Source of the DNA: Octopus vulgaris
Taxonomy: Eukaryota
NCBI GenBank assembly: GCA_951406725.2
Contig: OX597822.1
Span: 34,720,001 to 34,784,000, forward strand
DNA length: 64,000 nt
Direction: 5' to 3'
The notes below the pieces were generated by a model. The model was not told the DNA's origin. It searched no databases and saw only the letters and a program-made list of their open reading frames with translations. A program made the translations under genes and the position numbers. Within the stretch, counting starts at the first letter, position 1. Each line of letters opens with the position of its first letter. Positions 42,403 through 56,786 of the stretch are shown here, one piece after another.

Positions 42403-43213
42403 TATAAGAAAAAATATATATATATATAATATAAATTTATGTATACGTATATTCATAAAGACATACATGATACATGTGTACAAATATATTCTTTTATCTC
42501 TTTCTTTATTTCCATCTATCTATGTATCTATCTATCTATTTTTCTATCCCTTTTTATATATATGCATACGCACACACACGTATATATATATATATATATG
42601 TAAATATGTAAATGTGGCTATGAATATATACATTTCTCTCTCAGTGTATAGGTGCGCGCGCGTTGATGCATTTGTGCGTGCTTGCGTTGATGCATCAGTT
42701 CGTGTGTGCGCGCGTTTTCTTATGTAAGTGAAAAAAATCGAGATCTATGCGCGCCTACAATCGGGCTTACCAGAAATTGCATAAATTTGAAGTTCGAGAA
42801 TTTTACAGGAATACTGTGACAACTGGTTGCAAACTTTGAGCCACCATCTTGCAGGTAATGTACGCATATTTGCTCTGTATTGTACAAATTCATTTCGAAT
42901 CCCACAATTTTACATCGTGTCAAAATTGATTTAAGAGCAATATTTTACGTGTCTTTCAATGAGAATATTTTTATTGGTGTTGCAGTTGCCGCTAACTCAA
43001 CCTCGACAGAACAGTCTTTACAATGAAGTCGTTACATTTATGAACTTCCATTTTTTCTCTCTTGGATACTGAGAGCTTGTGATGACATCTCAAGACAGTT
43101 GAGTATATGTTGTGGAAGATTTGGATACCACCGCTAGTATGTTAAGAGTCGAATGTGAGTCTTCTTCGTTAATTCTTTAAAGATATACATCCAGTTCTAC
43201 TACTTTCTGTCTA

Positions 43214-44319
43214 TCAGGTCATCCCATAAGTTCTGTCCGAATTTTCAATAAAGAAAATAAGTGATCAAATGTTATATTTAATTGAAATTTAATCATCAAT
43301 GTACTTTTCCTTATTATCTATGACTTCCTTCCATCTTTTGGTTTCAAAGCGAAGAACTCTGAAATGTCAGTTTCGCTCCCCTCTTAGCTTGCGAAAGTTG
43401 TATCCCGCAAATGATTCTGTAAACTATGAAACATGATAGTCTGAAGGAGCAAGGTCCGGAGAATAAGATGGATGAGGTATTTTTCCCCAACCAAGCTCTT
43501 CAATCTTCTATGATGTGATCTTAGGTGGTAACAATTCAAAGTGAATTAGTCCTTCACAATCCCACCAAATGAAGAGAAGAAACTTTTTTCCATGAAGTTC
43601 TCTTCTCGGTTGTGGTTGAGCTTTTTTCCTTTTACCAAGCCACTGTTTACGACGTTTAACATTTCGATAGAAGTTTCATTTTTCGCCACCAGTCACAAGT
43701 TAATCCAAAAAGGGTGAAATGATTTCGCAAGAATGTAGAGAAGAGCAGATGTCAACTCGGGAGTTGAGGTTGCTTTCGGACAAATCATAAGGCACCCATG
43801 TTCCAAGTTTATGAACCTTTCCAAGTTGCTGAAGATGATGATGAACACTTGTATGGTTTGAATTAAGTTTTAATGCCATTTCTTCAACTAATAATGCAGG
43901 ATTTTCTTCAAGTAATGCCTCAAGGAGCTCATCAAACTCAACTGAACGTCCTGTTCGATCTTCACATTCAATGCTGAAATCTCCACCTCTGAATTTGTAA
44001 ACCATCTTCTACAAGTTCTTTCATTCAGGCATTCTTTCCAGTAAACTGAGTGTATGTTTCGAGTCGCTCCGGCTGCAAAGTTTCCTTTTTGTACTCATAA
44101 AGCATCATGTGCCTCAAATGCTCTTTGGATACTTCCATGTTAGAAAGGGTTTTAATCAAAGAAATTTTAATTCTATTATTCTGTAAAATATTTAATTAGT
44201 TTAAACGTACACAAATGCATAAAAATAATTTTCAATTTCATTAGACATTCTAAAATACTATTAAATTTCATTCAGTTTTAAAAAGAGTAAAATTGGACAG
44301 AACTTATGGGATGACCTTA
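43214..44319 (-). mobile_element. Decayed mariner transposon with TIRs and TA target duplication
   Basis: TA|tcaggtcatcccataagttctgtcc ... ggacagaacttatgggatgacctta|TA; transposase pieces MEVSKEHLRH, LGTWVPYDLSE, IWWD and YSPDLAPSDYH, with stops, frameshifts and an internal deletion. Confidence 0.92.
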
Positions 44320-46370
44320 TAGTTTTCATTCAATATTTAAATAACAGTAAAACATTTCTCTATTTCATATGAGAATTAAAATCTTAATCTTCCTAGGTTA
44401 TCCTTACAGGAACGGTTACAAATAGAACGCGTTCTGAAAATTAGTTTTCTGCTTTTACAACAGAAAACCTAGCTAACAGGAAAGAGTCTTAATATATTTA
44501 TACCCCGAATTAATTTTGCTGTTATATATGATCAATCATTTTAGATGTAATAAACTTCCAACAATGTTTAAACATAAGCCTCTCTCTTCGAGTTCACCAA
44601 AGTTAATTTCATGGTAATGTTTGGTAATTCCATTAGAATTTCCGACTCTTTTTCTGGAGTAGATAAGTCAAGTTATTATAAATTGTAAACTAAGTTTTAT
44701 GCAGATTCATATGATTATGCAAAATATGTTTTCTTGTGATTCAGCGAACATGAACGCACGCACGCATACATACACGTCAATATTCACATCACACATAACT
44801 CTACATCTCATTAAAATAACGCTTTTGTCGGCTATTGAGTTGTCTTGACTATACTGGTGCTGATTAGTGCCTTTGCTCGCTTTAGTGACGCATACACTTT
44901 TGTAAAATTTCAAATTAGCCTCTCCCATATTATATATATATATATATATATATATGGAGAGAGAGAGAGAGAGAGAGATACATATACACACACATATATG
45001 TGTGTGTATATGTATATAGATATATAAATATGCATACACACACACACATACACACACACATATATATATAATAGAAATATGTTACAAAAAGAAAATAGAA
45101 ACTACACGCGGAAATGTAATGGGAAAGTAAGAAGAAAAATAAGCGAAAATGCACATTAGAAATAAAAAAAGTAAAGGCTTTTTATGAAAAGTAACGATAG
45201 ACACATACAATTAGATGAACTGAGGTAAGAATAAAAATAATAAAAGTCATTATTGTGAATTGTTAAAGAGATTGAAAACCATGTCGGTTTCGTGAATTTA
45301 CTAATCATTGCTTTGAAATCACACCCTGTACGTACGTACGTACATACATACATACATACATACGTACGTACATACATACATACATACATACATACATACA
45401 TACATACATACATACATAAGTTAATTAGTGGGTAGTTTATATAATATTTTCAATGCAACATAAACGCTACACGTTAGATTCAGACCTCTCAAAACTATAT
45501 CGTCGCCATTTTGGTTTTCCCCTTTTAGCTAAGTTTATCCATTTACCCGTTGATATTATATCTATTAAATTTAGCATCAGTCAAAGTATTGATCCCTGAC
45601 AACTTCAATCGATTTAAACCATCTACGTCAGCTAGATTGTCTTCGTTTTCTGTTTATTAATTGATCACTTTTGATTTTAAACAATAACTTTTCTTATATT
45701 TTCATATTTCGAACCCGTTTTAACTTATTGTATAACATACATACATACAAACATACATATTTCTTTATTTAATCTAACACTTTTCTATTTAAGGTTGTCA
45801 ATTTAATTATCATCGTATACCGTTCTATCCTTTTTTTTTTTCTATTTCCTACCAGCTATCATCTTAAAATTGTTTTACACGCATCGCTCTTTCCGTGAAG
45901 ATTTCCGTTATCATTTTCTCCAGCTAATTATTTCTTTTAATTAAATGTCTAATTAATTCTCCTGACTGAGAAATTACCGTTGCATTTTCTCCGGTTTTAT
46001 ATTTACTATTTATATCCTCTATATATAATATATAATATTTCTTGTTATCATTTATCAGGAAATTAATTCAATCTGTTTCAGTCTAACTATAATATCGTTT
46101 TGTTTTTAGCTACAAGACACCCAAATAATTAAGTGTTAAAGAAGACTATAAAATAAGCACATTTTGTTATCATCTCATACGAACAGCTGTTTATTCTGTA
46201 AATGGGCTTCAAGTGTTACATTATTTCTCTAGTCTTTGTATTTATCTTTCTGTATCACTTATGTTTCACTCAAAATTTTTCTCACACTTTTACACGTAAC
46301 TAAATATTATTACACCACTACATTTAATTTCAATCAGATTAATTTCACCAACACAGATCTCCTTAACAAG

Positions 46371-46414
<44 letters not shown>

Positions 46415-46415
46415 A

Positions 46416-46792
46416 TATAACATAAGAGGCATCAGCCATCTGAATGTGGCTAGGGACAGGGCAGGGCGGTGGGGGTGTTACTGATGCATTTAGCCCCAGG
46501 CAATCATCAACGTCACCAGGAGGGCTGACACCATCTCGGTGTCCTCTAGCCTGTCCTCTATACCTTGAAACCTGGTCCATATGTAGCATCCGCTTCTTCG
46601 GGGAATAATCTCCCTTTGCAGGCTAGAGGATACCGAGATGGTGTCAGCCCTCATGGTGACGTTGATGATCGCCTGGGGCTAAATGCATCAGTAACACCCC
46701 CACCGCCCTGTCCTGTCCACATTCAGATGGCTGATGCCCCTTATGTTATAGAGCAGTTAGTGTTTATATCTCGTTTAGAGATTTATTATTGC
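46416..46792. mobile_element. Fold-back element related to family D
   Basis: Inverted arms 46416-46553 and 46619-46750; shares gatgatc.cctggggctaaa.gc.tcagtaacaccc and atctcgtt.agagatttattattgc with 19248-20060; spacer retains the HHR 3' half GAAACCTGGTC (46567-46577). Confidence 0.82.
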
Positions 46793-46822
<30 letters not shown>

Positions 46823-46828
<6 letters not shown>

Positions 46829-47030
46829 ATCCAAATATGAACAGAGAGAAAACACAACAACGCGAGGACGTGGAACAAGTATAGTGTTATTGGACGCTCA
46901 GGAAAGGAAAGAAAGATGGAGGATTTAACGTTTCGAGTGGAGTTCTTCTTCAGAAACATAGAAAAAGGAAAGGCCCAAGGAAGAGAGGATGGAGAAAGAA
47001 AATCGCCAACGATACACACGCGGTCACATC
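46823..47030 (-). mobile_element. Family A HHR repeat (HHR 46923-46957, stem II decayed)
   Basis: Collinear with 1012-1220; gttt-CTGAAGA-A-gaactccactc-GAA-ACGT-T-aaat. Confidence 0.78.
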
Positions 47031-47719
47031 GCCCGGATTTAGTCAATTATTTGTTTCTCTCCTTCAGCGACAATCCACACAAACTGTCTTTTTAAAACGT
47101 CCTCTTCCTATATATTAAGTTGATTTATGCTACATTTGAACTAACCATACATGGATTGTATTAGTTTTCTTTCAAGCATTCATCTCGTTTCAATTCCGTT
47201 CCACCGCCACCCACAATTTCATATTATATTAATGTTTGTATTTCTATTCAGATGTTCGAATAAATCCTGTTTGGTTTGAAATATTTTGCTGCCTGGAGCA
47301 TCCATTTCAATAAGTGTTGCCATTTGGCCTCCATGATCTGAGTAATTTATAAATAGTTGTCCTTATTAGTTCCAGCAAACACCATCAACATACACGCATA
47401 TATATATATGCGAGATCTATTGCTCAAATGGGAGAAGAAAACATTCGTATCACAACATAAAATTCAGCAAATTATTTTGTTCAAAGCTGAGGCTTCACAG
47501 CATCACTTCTCTGAATTTTCCATTTCTATTTGCCATTCTATAGAACAGAAATATTTGTTTTTTGTTTTCTGTTTTCAGGGTTTCGTTATTTCCAAATTCA
47601 CCACATGGTTCGGTATGACAATGAAAGCAATTTATAACATTCCTTTGCGAGCGTTGAGGCTGTAGAATTATATTCTGTTAATAGTGGTAGTGTTTAGCTT
47701 GTAGTTGTTACTATTGTTG

Positions 47720-48000
47720 CTGTTTAGTCTCAGCACATCGGACATACCTATAATCAAAGCTTTCCAGCTGTTTAGTCTTAGCACATTGGACTTACCAATA
47801 ATCAAAATTTTCTATAATATCTATAATTAAGGTTTCCCAGCTGTTTAATCTCAGTACATTGGATTTATATATAATCAAAGCTTTCCAGCTGTGGATATTT
47901 TGTATCTACAATGAAAGCTTTCCAGCTGTTTAGCCTCAGCACACTGGATATATATGTATAAAATCAAAGCTTTTCGGCTGTGGATATCCTGTATTTTCCA
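47720..48000. repeat. Degenerate minisatellite, unit about 47 bp
   Basis: Repeated ctgtttagtctcagcacattgga...ataatcaaagctttccag. Confidence 0.8.
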
Positions 48001-48248
48001 GGGGAATGAAAAGAGCGGAAGAAAAAGGGGTACTTGCCATCAAAGAAAAGGGCACACGAAGGGAGAAAAATAATCTTCAGCGCTGGCAGAAAGCTCCTTC
48101 AAATGCAGTCGCTGTATGTGTGAATGCCACTCCCATGTGGGCCTGTGCAGCCACAACAGACGCTGCACCACCATCAACACCTGACACGATTTCTTTGGGC
48201 GCAGTTCCATGGCCTCCCGACACCGACGGATGCTTACGACTATTATAC
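48000..48248 (+). pseudogene. 3' end of an RTE-clade LINE
   Basis: GMKRAEEK...; second frame SSFKCSRCMCECHSHVGLCSHNRRC* (RTE C-terminal zinc-finger-like motif); short hairpin-type 3' UTR. Confidence 0.75.
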
Positions 48249-49918
48249 TCAGCACATTACCAATTACTTTTTTTTTCCTCTTAACATGGTAGGTTGAGAT
48301 TTAAGGAAGACATGACTTCCGTTGAAGCTTGATGAGGACTATTACGATGATTGTTACCAAAGTGATAGCTATCTAACCATACTACTAATGAGCATTGTCC
48401 CGTCTGTAATGGAAACCACTTTAGATTTTGCTTAGGTGTCTATAATGGGACATCGTCTAGCATTTCAAGAGTTTATACGCATGAGCTGGCAGATACGTTA
48501 GCGCGCCAGGCGAAATGCTTAGCAGTATTGCGTCTGTCGTTACGTTCTGAGTTCAAATAATTCAATTAGATAAACGAATATGCAGCTGCAAATGAAGAAT
48601 GAACTAAATAATTTGTTGTTATTAATTACATTCTGCTTAAAATAGTTAAACAATTTGCAACCATTTTTGCTGTAGCTGTGTAGTCCCAAGTCAATTCACG
48701 ATATAAAGACCAATACATTCAAAAGCATTCACTCTGGAATTATACTGTCCCTAAGTTATAATGCATATATTACAACATTATCCTAGATGCCCCAGTATCT
48801 TACCAATTTTAAGACTATGGAGTATCTCAGTAGTATTTCTAAAATATTGACTGAATACGTCGTGTAGTATTTATGGTTGATAATATTTGTTTATCAAATT
48901 CAGGAAATATGGCTCCTTTGAGCAAACTGTTCTCCCGGCCATAAAGTAGATGATATGTTTTAATATTTCTAAAATACCTTTATTTTTGGATGGACCATTG
49001 TATTTTCTTTTTCTTTTATATAAACTGTCAATTTTAGCCCATATACCCTGTATACTAGGTCATTCTTAATAAGAGATGCTGAGCCATATTCTCTTTTACA
49101 CGTTTTGGTGGACACTGTATTATGATTTCTCTACACTGTGGTTTGCCTTTGAAAATAATTTCTTTTATTACATTATTGTCATAATGTTTAGCGTGATTCC
49201 CTGCTGCAGAATGTACTAGATATACTTCTGCTATTATTGCTAACTATATTTATTTCTAATTTCTAGGGGACATTTGGATTTTCCTGCTGAAAGTGTTTGA
49301 CTGTCTTCTTTTATGGTACTTAATCACTTAGGTCTGTTGTAATCTCTTAATGTCTGCAACTGTATGATCATTCCCTTAGTTTTTATAGAAAATCTTTAAT
49401 GAATTCTCTGAAGATTTTGATGAATTACTTTCCTCAATTTGTGTAGATATTGCAGTGTCTTTGATGCCTTTGTTTCGCCAAATAACACCAGCCTGTCTTA
49501 TGAGTACAGATGTTTGTCTAAGGAAATGAATTTGTTTGCGAACATTCCAAGAATGTAGAAACGTGTCAACTCGTACATCCCGGTTTCATCGTTGCAGTCC
49601 AAGGTGGCATCAAATAATCAACGGCCTTCTCTTTTTACCGTAAAAGAATCGCCAAAGAATATAAACTACTTTCTACAGACAATTATAAAAATGATACCAG
49701 TCTCGCTGATAATGTTGAATTCTTTGCTGAACTTATGAGACTTGAGGACTTATTTATTATTCATGAGTAAAATAGTGCAGTATTGGAATGAATAAGCTTG
49801 CAAATCATTTTATGTTTTAATTTCGTTCCACGACTTAATTAGTAATATATTTTTGTGACTTGGTTAATTTTCACATTGATTGTATCTAGGATATACTTAT
49901 TTATTTATTTATTTATCA

Positions 49919-50430
49919 CTAGCAGTATCGCCCGGCGTTGCTCGGGTTTGTAAGGGAAATAACTATATAAGCATTTTTAGAGAGTTACCTCCCTTATAGA
50001 TGCCAATTCGGGCTTTCTTTGCCATTTCTGTTTTGGTGTCTTCAAGCCATGAAGTCGTTGTTCTAAAAGAACGCTGGTCTCCTTGACAACGCTTTACGAC
50101 GTTGATTTCCTTACACTCCCTTCCCCACAGCTTCACGAGGGAGGGAAGAAGGGGGAGAAGCAAACAGGTGCAGGTGTGACCATGGACGCCAACTCCGCCG
50201 CCATCGACACACGAAAAATTATGCATTAAAATGGAATAAAAAATTATGTTAAATTATTTTTAAAATCGTAGACTCATCGTAGACGCGCGCTAATACTCAG
50301 ACGGGCTCGATATAAATCACGACTATAAGATACCCGAATTTGATTAAACTGCACCGCAAAATGTGGGAATAGTTAGGAATCTAAATCGAAGGGGACAGAC
50401 ACTCACACAACTACAGTTTTATATATATAG

Positions 50431-50431
<1 letters not shown>
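49919..50431 (-). mobile_element. Complete non-autonomous Helitron (513 bp)
   Basis: Minus strand A|TCtatatatataaaa ... cccgagcaacgccggg hairpin (49931-49946) ... CTAG|T. Confidence 0.88.
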
Positions 50432-50497
<66 letters not shown>

Positions 50498-50499
<2 letters not shown>

Positions 50500-50790
50500 T
50501 AGTTTTATTTTTATAGCGTGCTTTCACTTCACTACCGAACGCAGCTCTGTGTGCCTTGGGTATGTGCTGTGATTTGTTGTGATGTTCTGATGTTTACTGT
50601 ATTGAGAGTGTTTTGCGTAGGATGTGTGCAGTGCCCAGTAGTGCAATTCTCTGTGTGTTATATGTATTTGTAATTCCTGGTGTTTTTGTTATGTATTTGT
50701 CTGAATAATTTTTTTATCATGCCTAATGCGCCTACAATGATAGGAATTGTTTCTGTTTTTAGAGTCCACATTCGAGTTACCTCTATTTCC
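50498..50790 (-). pseudogene. R4/Dong-clade non-LTR retrotransposon 3' end
   Basis: EIEVTRMWTLKTETIPIIVGALGMI...IALLGTAHILRKTL*, with the 3' UTR running into (TAA)n at 50432-50497. Confidence 0.82.
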
Positions 50791-50812
50791 TACATATGAG
50801 TCTATATCTACT

Positions 50813-51431
50813 CTAGCTATCTCTACGCAGTCTTCTTACTGATATTAACCCTCTTCTGTCTTCCTTTCTAGGTAGGTATAATCTTGCTTCACCTGCCCTT
50901 GGGTGGAGTCCTTCATTCATATTGAATTCATTCCTAGCTCTTCTGTCTAGTTTTATTAATTCAGTTTTTGTCCAATCTACAAAACTGATGAGTATCTTAG
51001 TAATGATACTGCCAAAATTATTACAGCATTCACTAGATTTGGACCATTTAGCTTTGACTTCATTAGTTTCCTCACCCTTCTTAATTTTCGTTTTCATTTC
51101 TATATTTACTACTCTATCAGATTCTAATACTCCTAGATACTTACAAATCTCCACTTTTTACTGATTTCAACGTCTGGCCATCTTGTAATGGGATACCTTC
51201 GCTGTTGGTTATATGTCCCCTTCTCATAGCTAATATTGCACAATTATCTATGGCAAATTCCATGCCTATAATTTGCTGAAGAGTCTTATTGTCTGTATTA
51301 AGGTTTCTATCTCTTTACCATTCTTACTAATAAGTTTCACATCATTCATGTAGAGTAAATAGTTAATATTTCCCTTCCTATTTCTGAACTGATACGCTGC
51401 CTTTGCCTTTCTTAATACTAAACTGAGGGGT
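50813..51431 (-). pseudogene. R4/Dong-clade reverse transcriptase fragment
   Basis: IPLSLVL...INYLLYMNDVKL (YMDD-like), GMEF, KYLGVLE, LHPRAGEARLYLPRKEDRRGL; frameshifts. Confidence 0.85.
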
Positions 51432-51477
51432 ATCATCATCATCATCATCATCGTCATCATCGTCATTATTATTGTTA

Positions 51478-51533
<56 letters not shown>

Positions 51534-51956
51534 GAGTGATAGAACAGTGCATGCCATCAAAGTGACACTGGGATAAAATATACGAGCCCCAGTATACCCA
51601 TCATGACTACCCGTCTAATAAGGGTACACTGGGCACATGCATCACAACCCGTGTTTCCAGAGATGAATTATTCAAATCCCAAAGAATTCCTCTCAACACA
51701 TGGCTATGATGCTCCCCCACTACTTCAGCTCGTGATCAGAGATGCACATATCGTCAGCCACTAAGGGACATGCTCAACTGGTTAAGCTCAAATAACTGAC
51801 AAGCAAATGTGTGGTAATGAGCAGAATATTTGCTGTAGCCCATCTTTTATACCAAGAGAAAACAATGTGCATGATGACACTTCCAGTCAGTTTATATTAC
51901 AGAAACAGTATGAGTGCTTATGTTAGAGAGACATTGTATGTGTTTGTGTGTGTGCA

Positions 51957-52007
<51 letters not shown>

Positions 52008-52792
52008 ATCTGTGTGTGTGAAAGAGAGAGAGAGAGTTAGAGAGACCAAGGTGGGGAGAGAAAGCATTGCAAACAATGAATGAAATAAACATGAAATGAT
52101 AAAATAGTATAAATGAAAACTCGTTAAAAACTATGTTGTACCGAATATTTATATTTGTTAACTTGAAATATTCAACAATAAAAGGATGTTCGGAGAGTAA
52201 ATTTTCCTAAAAATTTCAATTTATGAAAAATCCCATTTGCTTAGTAAATATTTCCTTCAGTAATTTATTGTAGTTGTAATATATTTCTAATTTAAATAAA
52301 CCTCAAGGTAACCCAACTACGTTTAGCGTGATCACAGTTATTACTGTAAGGCTTATAACATTCCAAACAGCTAAACCAACAAAATCTCTCTTGAATTTTT
52401 AAAAAAATTATACCGTTATATCAAAAAGTTTTCATTTTATCAAAAATATTCATTTATATATTAAATGATCATTAATGAAAATAGAGGTGAGAGTGAGAGC
52501 GAGAGAGCTTGTTGCAAATGAAAACGGAAAATTTCGCCCGCAACGAATATGGTTTATTAAGCATTAAAATCTACTATGCAGTGGATGTAATGAATATTTA
52601 AATTTGTGAAAAACGTTTAGTTCAAATATTCAATAAACTTCAGAAATCAAAATTACAGGAAATTTATTGGAACAGGAAATTATTTCCAGACGGTGAAGCT
52701 TTCATAATTGGTTTCTTCTAGTAACTGTTACATATCTAATTAAAAAGCAGCTTTGTCTTCTTTATAATATAGATTATTATTATTATTATTTT

Positions 52793-52866
<74 letters not shown>

Positions 52867-54022
52867 CAAGTTGTCTCAGCTGAATTTGAACTCAATAAGT
52901 CAAGACGGCGGAAATACCTACGCATTTTGCTTGGCGTGTTAACGATTCAGCCAGCTCATCGCCTTACAAGAAATGATGATGATGGTAGTGGTGGTGGTGG
53001 TTTCAAATTCTGGCACAAGGTAAGCAAGTGGGATGTAAATCGATAACAACGTCTCCATTGCTCAAGAAGTAATTTATGAACCCCGAAAGGATGAAAGGCA
53101 AAGTTGACCTGGTTGAAACATGACATGGTGATGATAATAATAGCATGACTCATAGGCGGGGCGTAACTGATTTTGCCCACTCCAATACTTCCTTGCAATT
53201 ATTTTAGGGATCGCTGGATAAGAAATTCACGAACGAAAGCAGCAGAATGCAAAGGAATGTAAAACTGAATACCACAAAATCGTCCGTTCCTCTCTTAATC
53301 GAATATGTTATCCGTCTCCCTTACTAAATTAAGTATTATTACAGATATAGACACGAGGCCACACATTTCAAATATGGAGGGGTATGAAGCAGAATCTTTG
53401 ATTTGATTGATTCAAGTGATTATATGCTGCTATATTAGTTAACTTTTCCCGATATGTTAATTCTGGTTTGGAATTGAACACATTACACAACCCAATCCTT
53501 TCGGACAAGAATCATATGAAATCATCATTCATCATTTTAATCTTCGAGTACTCGCAAATCCAGGCATTAATATAAACCGTAACCCTTGATAATATCAGAA
53601 AGACATTAATATATTCTGAACTGAATATCGTAGTTTCACTGAATCAGTTCACCTTTTCCGTTTTTAATGACTTTGAGAACAGATATTCATATGAATCAGA
53701 AATGATGAAAAGATCAATATTCTTGAATGACGTAAATGATACGCATGTCATTTCTTCACGTATATATTCGATGGTAATTTATTGGCAACTATCAGAGAAA
53801 TTAGAAACAAACTCATATGAAATGTCACTGAATATATTTAAATACTTATCTAGACATTTCAAAGGTCTGCTGGTCTATTTTGGAAAACAGCTGGTCTAGT
53901 AGTTCGTCTTCTATAGGGCAGCACTAAAGTATTGACTAAAATAATTGCTAAATGAAACGAAATATTCTAGAAATTTTGCTATAGTTCTCTGAGACTTCAT
54001 TGTAATATTGATCTTCAAATAA

Positions 54023-54387
54023 GGTGGCGAGATGGCACAAACGTTAGCACGCCGGGCGAAATGCTTAGCGCTATTTCGTCTGCCGTTAGGTTCTGAGTTC
54101 AAATTCCGCCGAGGTCGACTCTGCCTTTCATCCTTTCGGGGTCGATTAAATAGGGACCAGTTACGCACTGGGATCGATGTAATCGACTTAATCCCTTTGT
54201 CTGTCCTTGTTTGTCCCCTCTGTGTTTAGCTCCTTGTGGGTAGTAAAGAAATAGGTATTTCGTCTGCCGTTACGTTCTGAGTTCAAATTCCACCGAGGTC
54301 GAGTTTACCTTTCATCCTTTCGGGGTCAATTAAATAAGTATCAGTTACGCACTGGAGTCGATATAATTGACTTAATCCGCTTGTCTC
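54023..54387 (+). mobile_element. Family M SINE, full copy plus tandem partial copy
   Basis: Full unit 54023-54253; second unit restarts at ggtatttcgtctgccg (54254). Confidence 0.88.
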
Positions 54388-54620
54388 GACACAATCCTAA
54401 GCTTAAGACTCACTCATTCTCTTTCCTCTTTGCCTTCTCCCTTTTTCTCTCTCTGTTTCCTTCCTTCTCTCGAAGAAATTGGCTCCTCTCAGATCTGGAT
54501 AATTATTGGTTCCTCTAGTTTTAAAATGCCCAAGACCAGGCATATGAGAAGTCGGTGTTTGTATATCAGGTGTTGAACTCTCGAGAAGAAAAATAATTAG
54601 ATGTTATAATGGCTTCTACA

Positions 54621-54878
54621 GTGGAAGCGCATGGCTCAGTGGTTAGGGTGTCAGCATCATGATCGTAAGATTGTGGCTTCGATTCCTGGACCGGGCGACG
54701 CGTTATATTCTTGATCAAAACACTTTATTTCACGTTGCTCCAGTCCACTCAGCTGGCAAAAATAAGTGATGCTGCGATGGACTGGCGCCCCGTCCAACTG
54801 GGGAACACATTGAAACCGGGAAACCGGGCCCATGAGCCTGGGTAGGCTTTAAAAGGGCGCATTTATTTATTTATTTTG
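54621..54878 (+). mobile_element. Family T SINE head with an alternative 3' tail
   Basis: A-box TGGCTCAGTGG, B-box-like GCTTCGATTCC; diverges from the 32264 copy after cactcagctg; ends (attt)n. Confidence 0.78.
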
Positions 54879-55982
54879 GTTTCTACAGCGATATTTGTCA
54901 AAGATAGAATCGTTAGAATACTTCAGTAGCTATTGTGCAGTTTTTCATCGCGTTCTTTTACTTTCGGACTTCTGGAATTCAAATCGGACCGACGTCATCT
55001 TTGTGTTTCATATTTCTGGGATTGATAAAATGACAGTGAAGGTAGTTCATATTTGATTAGGTATCTTTTTTACTCGCCATCAATCCGTCTAATGAGCTCT
55101 AGGGATCTCAATTGGTAAACACTATGAGTTACCATGGAACATTTCTTAGAGAATATAAGGTTGAATTCCCCATGCTTTCCTTGTCTGGACATTGAGAATA
55201 TATAAAGAATCGGAACAATATCCTTTCTACTATAGGCACAAGGCCTGAAATTAGGGCCAGGGATTTGATCTTAGAATATAATTGATTGTATCAAAAGTCG
55301 CAAGGCATTTTCTCCAACTCTATAACGATTTTAACCCACTGTTCTAATTTGGAACCTTCTTTTATTTTAGGAAACCTACAAAGATGAAAGGCAGAGTTGA
55401 CCTGGTCGGGACTTGAAACCAGAACATTAAAATAACTGAGTAAAATATATCTCTAAAGATGCTACAAATACGCAACCTGTAATTCGTTGCATAGCGCTTT
55501 AAATGTTCAAAGGAAGCGAACATGTTACAAGGAATTGTTATAGTGTTTTCTTCTCTTACTTTGTTAACTTTTCTTCCTATCATACTATGTCCCAGAGCTA
55601 AATTCAACATTGTAAACAAATTAATCAGACCGCATGAGATATACGCACATTTCTTATGAACTTCAAAGTTTAGATATTAAAATCATTAATTATTTAGAAT
55701 AAATTTAATTTTTTAAATATTTTTTGTATGATTAATGCCAAGATTAAACAGACAACAACATATTACTAGGAACAAACACAGGTGTTTTGATCTGGGCGTA
55801 CGACCAACAGCATGAGCACAGATTAAAGCTGAAACAATTTGAAGAATTAAAGAATTAACACAGTAGGTACTGTAGTTTTATTTCCACGGCTAAAAAAAAA
55901 CAAAAGATGACTAGAACGCCTTTGACCGTCATATATGTATGTATATATATACATACATACATACATATATACATACATACAT

Positions 55983-56014
<32 letters not shown>

Positions 56015-56042
56015 GTATATGTATGTATATATATGTATATAA

Positions 56043-56116
<74 letters not shown>

Positions 56117-56279
56117 GAAAGTTTGTTTGGTAAAGCACGTGGGTGAATATATAAGAAAATAGTAAAGTGTGAAAAAACGACAGAAGGCTTAAATGTTAAA
56201 AAATATATATATTTGTGTCAAAATGTCTGGAGAATATTGGAAAAATTTTTTTTTTCCCTTTCCTTAAAATGACAAGGGA

Positions 56280-56786
56280 ATTAAAAGCTACAAACAGCCT
56301 AAATCACTTAAAAAGATTCTCACAAAGGCAAAATTGTCTTCTAAAATTACGGATGCAAAAGTAAAAAAATGTGGTAGATCGAACTGTGCAACATGTCCTA
56401 ACCTATTGGAAGGATCAGAATTCTACTTTAAAGAGGGACAGAAATTTAAGATCAAATCTAACTTTACTTGTGCCTCTGAAAACATAATTTATGTTATTAA
56501 ATGCTCGGGCTGCCACCAAGACTACGTGGGTTCCACGGGACTATCACTCAGGCGCAGATGCACACTGCATCGACAACAGATTGCATTCCCAGAATATAGA
56601 ATGATACCTTTTAGTGAGCACATTGAGAAATGCGCAAAGCAACTACTGCCACAATTTTTAATCTTCCCATTTTACCAATGTGCTTTCGGATCATCAACAC
56701 AAATGAGACTGAACAAGGAAACATTCTTCATTGAAAAGTACAAACCCAGACTCAACCATCCGAACATACTGACACAGAGAAAGTAA
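56280..56786 (+). pseudogene. 5'-truncated Penelope-like element: Cys linker plus intact GIY-YIG endonuclease (Neptune-like)
   Basis: Open frame IKSYKQPKSLKKIL...KKCGRSNCATC...FTCASENIIYVIKCSGC..YVGST..LRRR..H...H...RLNKETFFI...PRLN. Confidence 0.88.

Noticed and set aside
42747-42860. Possible small exon (ttttacag|...cttgcag|gtaatg) or short peptide MRAYNRAYQKL
   Set aside because: No recognisable homology or partner exons; splice-like words are expected by chance.
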